The position numbers were made by a program, and so were the translations under genes. The notes under the pieces were generated by a model. It had not been told where the DNA came from. It worked only from the letters and a program-made list of their open reading frames with translations, and did no database searches. A stretch of DNA of 11,004 nt, taken from Paraspadella gotoi (taxonomy: Eukaryota > Animalia > Chaetognatha). The stretch is from the NCBI GenBank assembly GCA_051294375.1, contig JBJCIZ010000319.1, forward strand, positions 1-11,004, read 5' to 3'. Below, piece by piece: positions 9,023 to 11,004 of this stretch (its first letter is position 1; every line of letters begins with the position of its first letter).

Positions 9023-9165
9023 TTTTTTTTTAAATGAATTTTAAAGTTTTGTTATAATTTTTCATACAAAATAATGAGAAACTAACCAACGACTTTGTCA
9101 TTCTTGTCAAATTTTACTTTCTTTATATCACTCATTATCTCATTTAAGTAAGTAGACAGGGATTT

Positions 9166-9471
9166 TGATATGAAATCAAGGTCGAATTTATTTGTAGAAT
9201 AACTATCAAGAGACGGTGTCAATTTTGGACAGAATGAATCAAAGCAGAAACAGAGGCTATTTAAAGAGTAAGTAGACGAAAGCCAGATTCCTCTTCCGGA
9301 ATCCTCCTCTTCCTCTTCTGGAACCTTCTTTTCCTCTCCGGAAACTATTGTTCCTTTTCTGGATTTGGCTTCCAAAATCCCGTTCGAAATCATTCCAGAA
9401 TCTTCTTCCTCTTCCGGAATCCTCTCCTTAATTCTTTCCTCTGTTTCCGGGTTTCATTCGTCTGTGATGCG
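9166..9471 (-). mobile_element. Putative 3' LTR of the Ty3/Gypsy element (distal end uncertain, 9166 or as far as ~9050)
   Basis: Starts right after the PPT, with CG rather than canonical TG. TATA-like TTTAAATA (9265-9258), initiator-like TCATTC with its A 30 nt downstream (9235), AATAAA (9192-9187), candidate CA ends at 9171, 9166 or 9050. 19-bp direct repeat at 9288-9306 and 9406-9424. Confidence 0.6.
9294..9424. promoter_or_regulatory. Cluster of heat-shock-element-like motifs in the putative U3
   Basis: Perfect TTCnnGAAnnTTC at 9316-9328 and 9393-9405; one-mismatch TTCcgGAAtcCTC at 9294-9306 and 9412-9424. Confidence 0.55.
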
Positions 9472-9484
9472 TCCCCCCTCCTCT
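9472..9484 (-). other. Polypurine tract (PPT)
   Basis: AGAGGAGGGGGGA on the minus strand, ~40 nt after the reconstructed integrase stop. Confidence 0.75.
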
Positions 9485-9522
9485 GGCGACGACGCACGTG
9501 GTCAGTCGGTAGTCGGAGCTAT

Positions 9523-10361
9523 CTACATTTGTCTAAGTCTTATATATTTGTTTACATTTCTTTTATCGTTCGTTGCGTGTTGTTTGAGTCGTCGTCTGTG
9601 GTATCTTAAGTTTCTGGCCGGCGATCGAGACGACGTAGTGGTTTCCGTCTCGTTGTACGACTTTGTGTGGGCCAGAGTAAATCCTCTTCACTTTATTCTC
9701 GGTCGTTGCAGTTCCGGTCATGATGAGGTCGCGTCGGGCAAGGACCAAGTCTCCGATTTTGATTTCGGCCGTCTTTTTGTATGGATTCCTCTCGACGATT
9801 GTTTGTACAGTTTGTTTCTCTGATCTGCTAATCTGTTTGGGCCTGTTCTTGTCTGTCGGCCCTTTTCCGAATGAAATCGACGAGGTTCCTTTTTGTGAAG
9901 TCATCAGCGGCTTCAACGATCCTTGGTCTGTGGCCCAAATTGGATTTCATGGGGAGACATGTCTGTCTTCCAACCCGATGATTGGAGTGGCATTTAGGAG
10001 CAGCATCAGGTGGGGAAGTTGATCCAGCCATTTTTCTTGGTTGGTCTTCCACAGCTTTGCGCAGGGCTTGGCGTATTCGGCCGATATCCCTTTCAGCCGT
10101 TGCTGTCCTTCCTTCCGACCAGGACCCTTCTCCCACCGTGTCAAGCAAGTTCAGTATGGAGTTCATTGCTTTCCCATTTAACTGCGTTGCGCCATCAAAG
10201 TTAACTTCCATGTAAGAACCGTGTTGGAGAAAAATTCTTTCGTCGAGAGCTTTCACAATTGTTTCGGCATCTGCGCGCGTAGGGGGATAGCCCATGTGTA
10301 CGCAGATGCATTGTCGGATGCAACCAGGGCGTAGTTTAAAGCCAGCTACGAGGGCAGGTGC
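9523..10361 (-). pseudogene. Ty3/Gypsy-type integrase (rve core plus GPY/F module), C-terminal part of pol, multiply frameshifted as assembled
   Basis: Joining frames gives NYALVASDNASAYTWAIPL / ADAETIVKALDERIFLQHG..NFDGATQ...AERDIGRIRQALRK / KWLDQLPHLMLLLNATP / MSPHEIQFG / IKIGDLVLARR...KRIYSGPHKVV / YHRRRLK. The second D and the E of DDE are present; the first D would lie in or beyond the N gap. Confidence 0.85.
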
Positions 10362-10386
10362 NNNNNNNNNNNNNNNNNNNNNNNNN
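10362..10386. other. Assembly gap (25 N)
   Basis: Run of N. Confidence 1.
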
Positions 10387-11004
10387 TATAATAAAATATT
10401 ATTAATATTATTATCTACTAAAAGCCCTTTCAAATCTAAAGAAAATGACGTATGTACGAATGCTGTCGTATAAAATTTAACCGGCCCAGCTTTAATTTAA
10501 TTAGGATNNNNNNNNNNNNNNNNNNNNNNNNNNNNNNNNNNNNNNNNNNNNNNNNNNNNNNNNNNNNNNNNNNNNNNNNNNNNNNNNNNNNNNNNNNNNN
10601 NNNNNNNNNNNNNNNNNNNNNNNNNNNNNNNNNNNNNNNNNNNNNNNNNNNNNNNNNNNNNNNNNNNNNNNNNNNNNNNNNNNNNNNNNNNNNNNNNNNN
10701 NNNNNNNNNNNNNNNNNNNNNNNNNNNNNNNNNNNNNNNNNNNNNNNNNNNNNNNNNNNNNNNNTTTAAAAGTATTCAAAAACATTACCAGCCGCACGAG
10801 CGGTCTTGGAGCGGTTAGAGTTTTGCGGAGTACTACTCCGATGAGACTTTTGCCTGCTGCATCTTTAGATTCTACAATGTTAAAGCTCAAGCGGTCTTAA
10901 AGTACGAGCGGTCTTAGGACGTTACTACTGCTTTATTCAAAGTATTCAAAGTTTTGCTATCTCATATGAAGGCTTGGTATATATACTACTCCCTATGCTA
11001 AAAA
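10387..11004 (+). repeat. Dispersed repeat, copy 2 (of 3052-3706), interrupted by a 257-N gap at 10508-10764
   Basis: Matches 3052-3174 and 3467-3706 with small indels. The gap replaces the ~292 bp at 3175-3466. Confidence 0.9.

Noticed and set aside
9082-9393. 103-aa Glu-rich minus-strand ORF as an env or accessory gene
   Set aside because: Lies after the PPT within the putative LTR; Glu richness reflects GAA/GAG-rich regulatory repeats.
9365-10215. Plus-strand ORFs 9365..9823, 9720..10022, 9982..10215, 10010..10204
   Set aside because: Antisense shadows of the integrase and LTR.
10387-10890. ORFs spanning N runs (10452..10769, 10501..10890, start of 9828..10433)
   Set aside because: Open only because N codons hide stops; the homologous copy at 3052-3706 shows no convincing coding frame.

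Overview
AT-rich eukaryotic (probably invertebrate) draft-assembly DNA made almost entirely of nested, decayed mobile elements; no intact host gene is recognisable. From left to right: (1) a minus-strand element with DIRS1-like terminal/ICR repeat geometry and a short Ser/Pro/Arg-rich ORF, running off the left edge; (2) weak exon-like remnants, a lone hAT-like end, and a ~650-bp repeat that recurs at the window end; (3) an 89-bp segment with a minimal hammerhead ribozyme of the Penelope-like type between 14-bp direct repeats; (4) a non-autonomous Helentron/DINE-1-like element (5111-7704) apparently inserted into a T-run of another copy of itself, giving a ~1.3-kb duplication; (5) the 3' end of a minus-strand Ty3/Gypsy retrotransposon (frameshifted integrase, PPT, putative 3' LTR rich in heat-shock-element motifs), cut by a 25-N gap. 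Single-base indels between duplicates and the N gaps suggest noisy long-read gap filling, so some frameshifts and duplications may be artefacts. All family assignments come from motif recognition by eye, not database searches.
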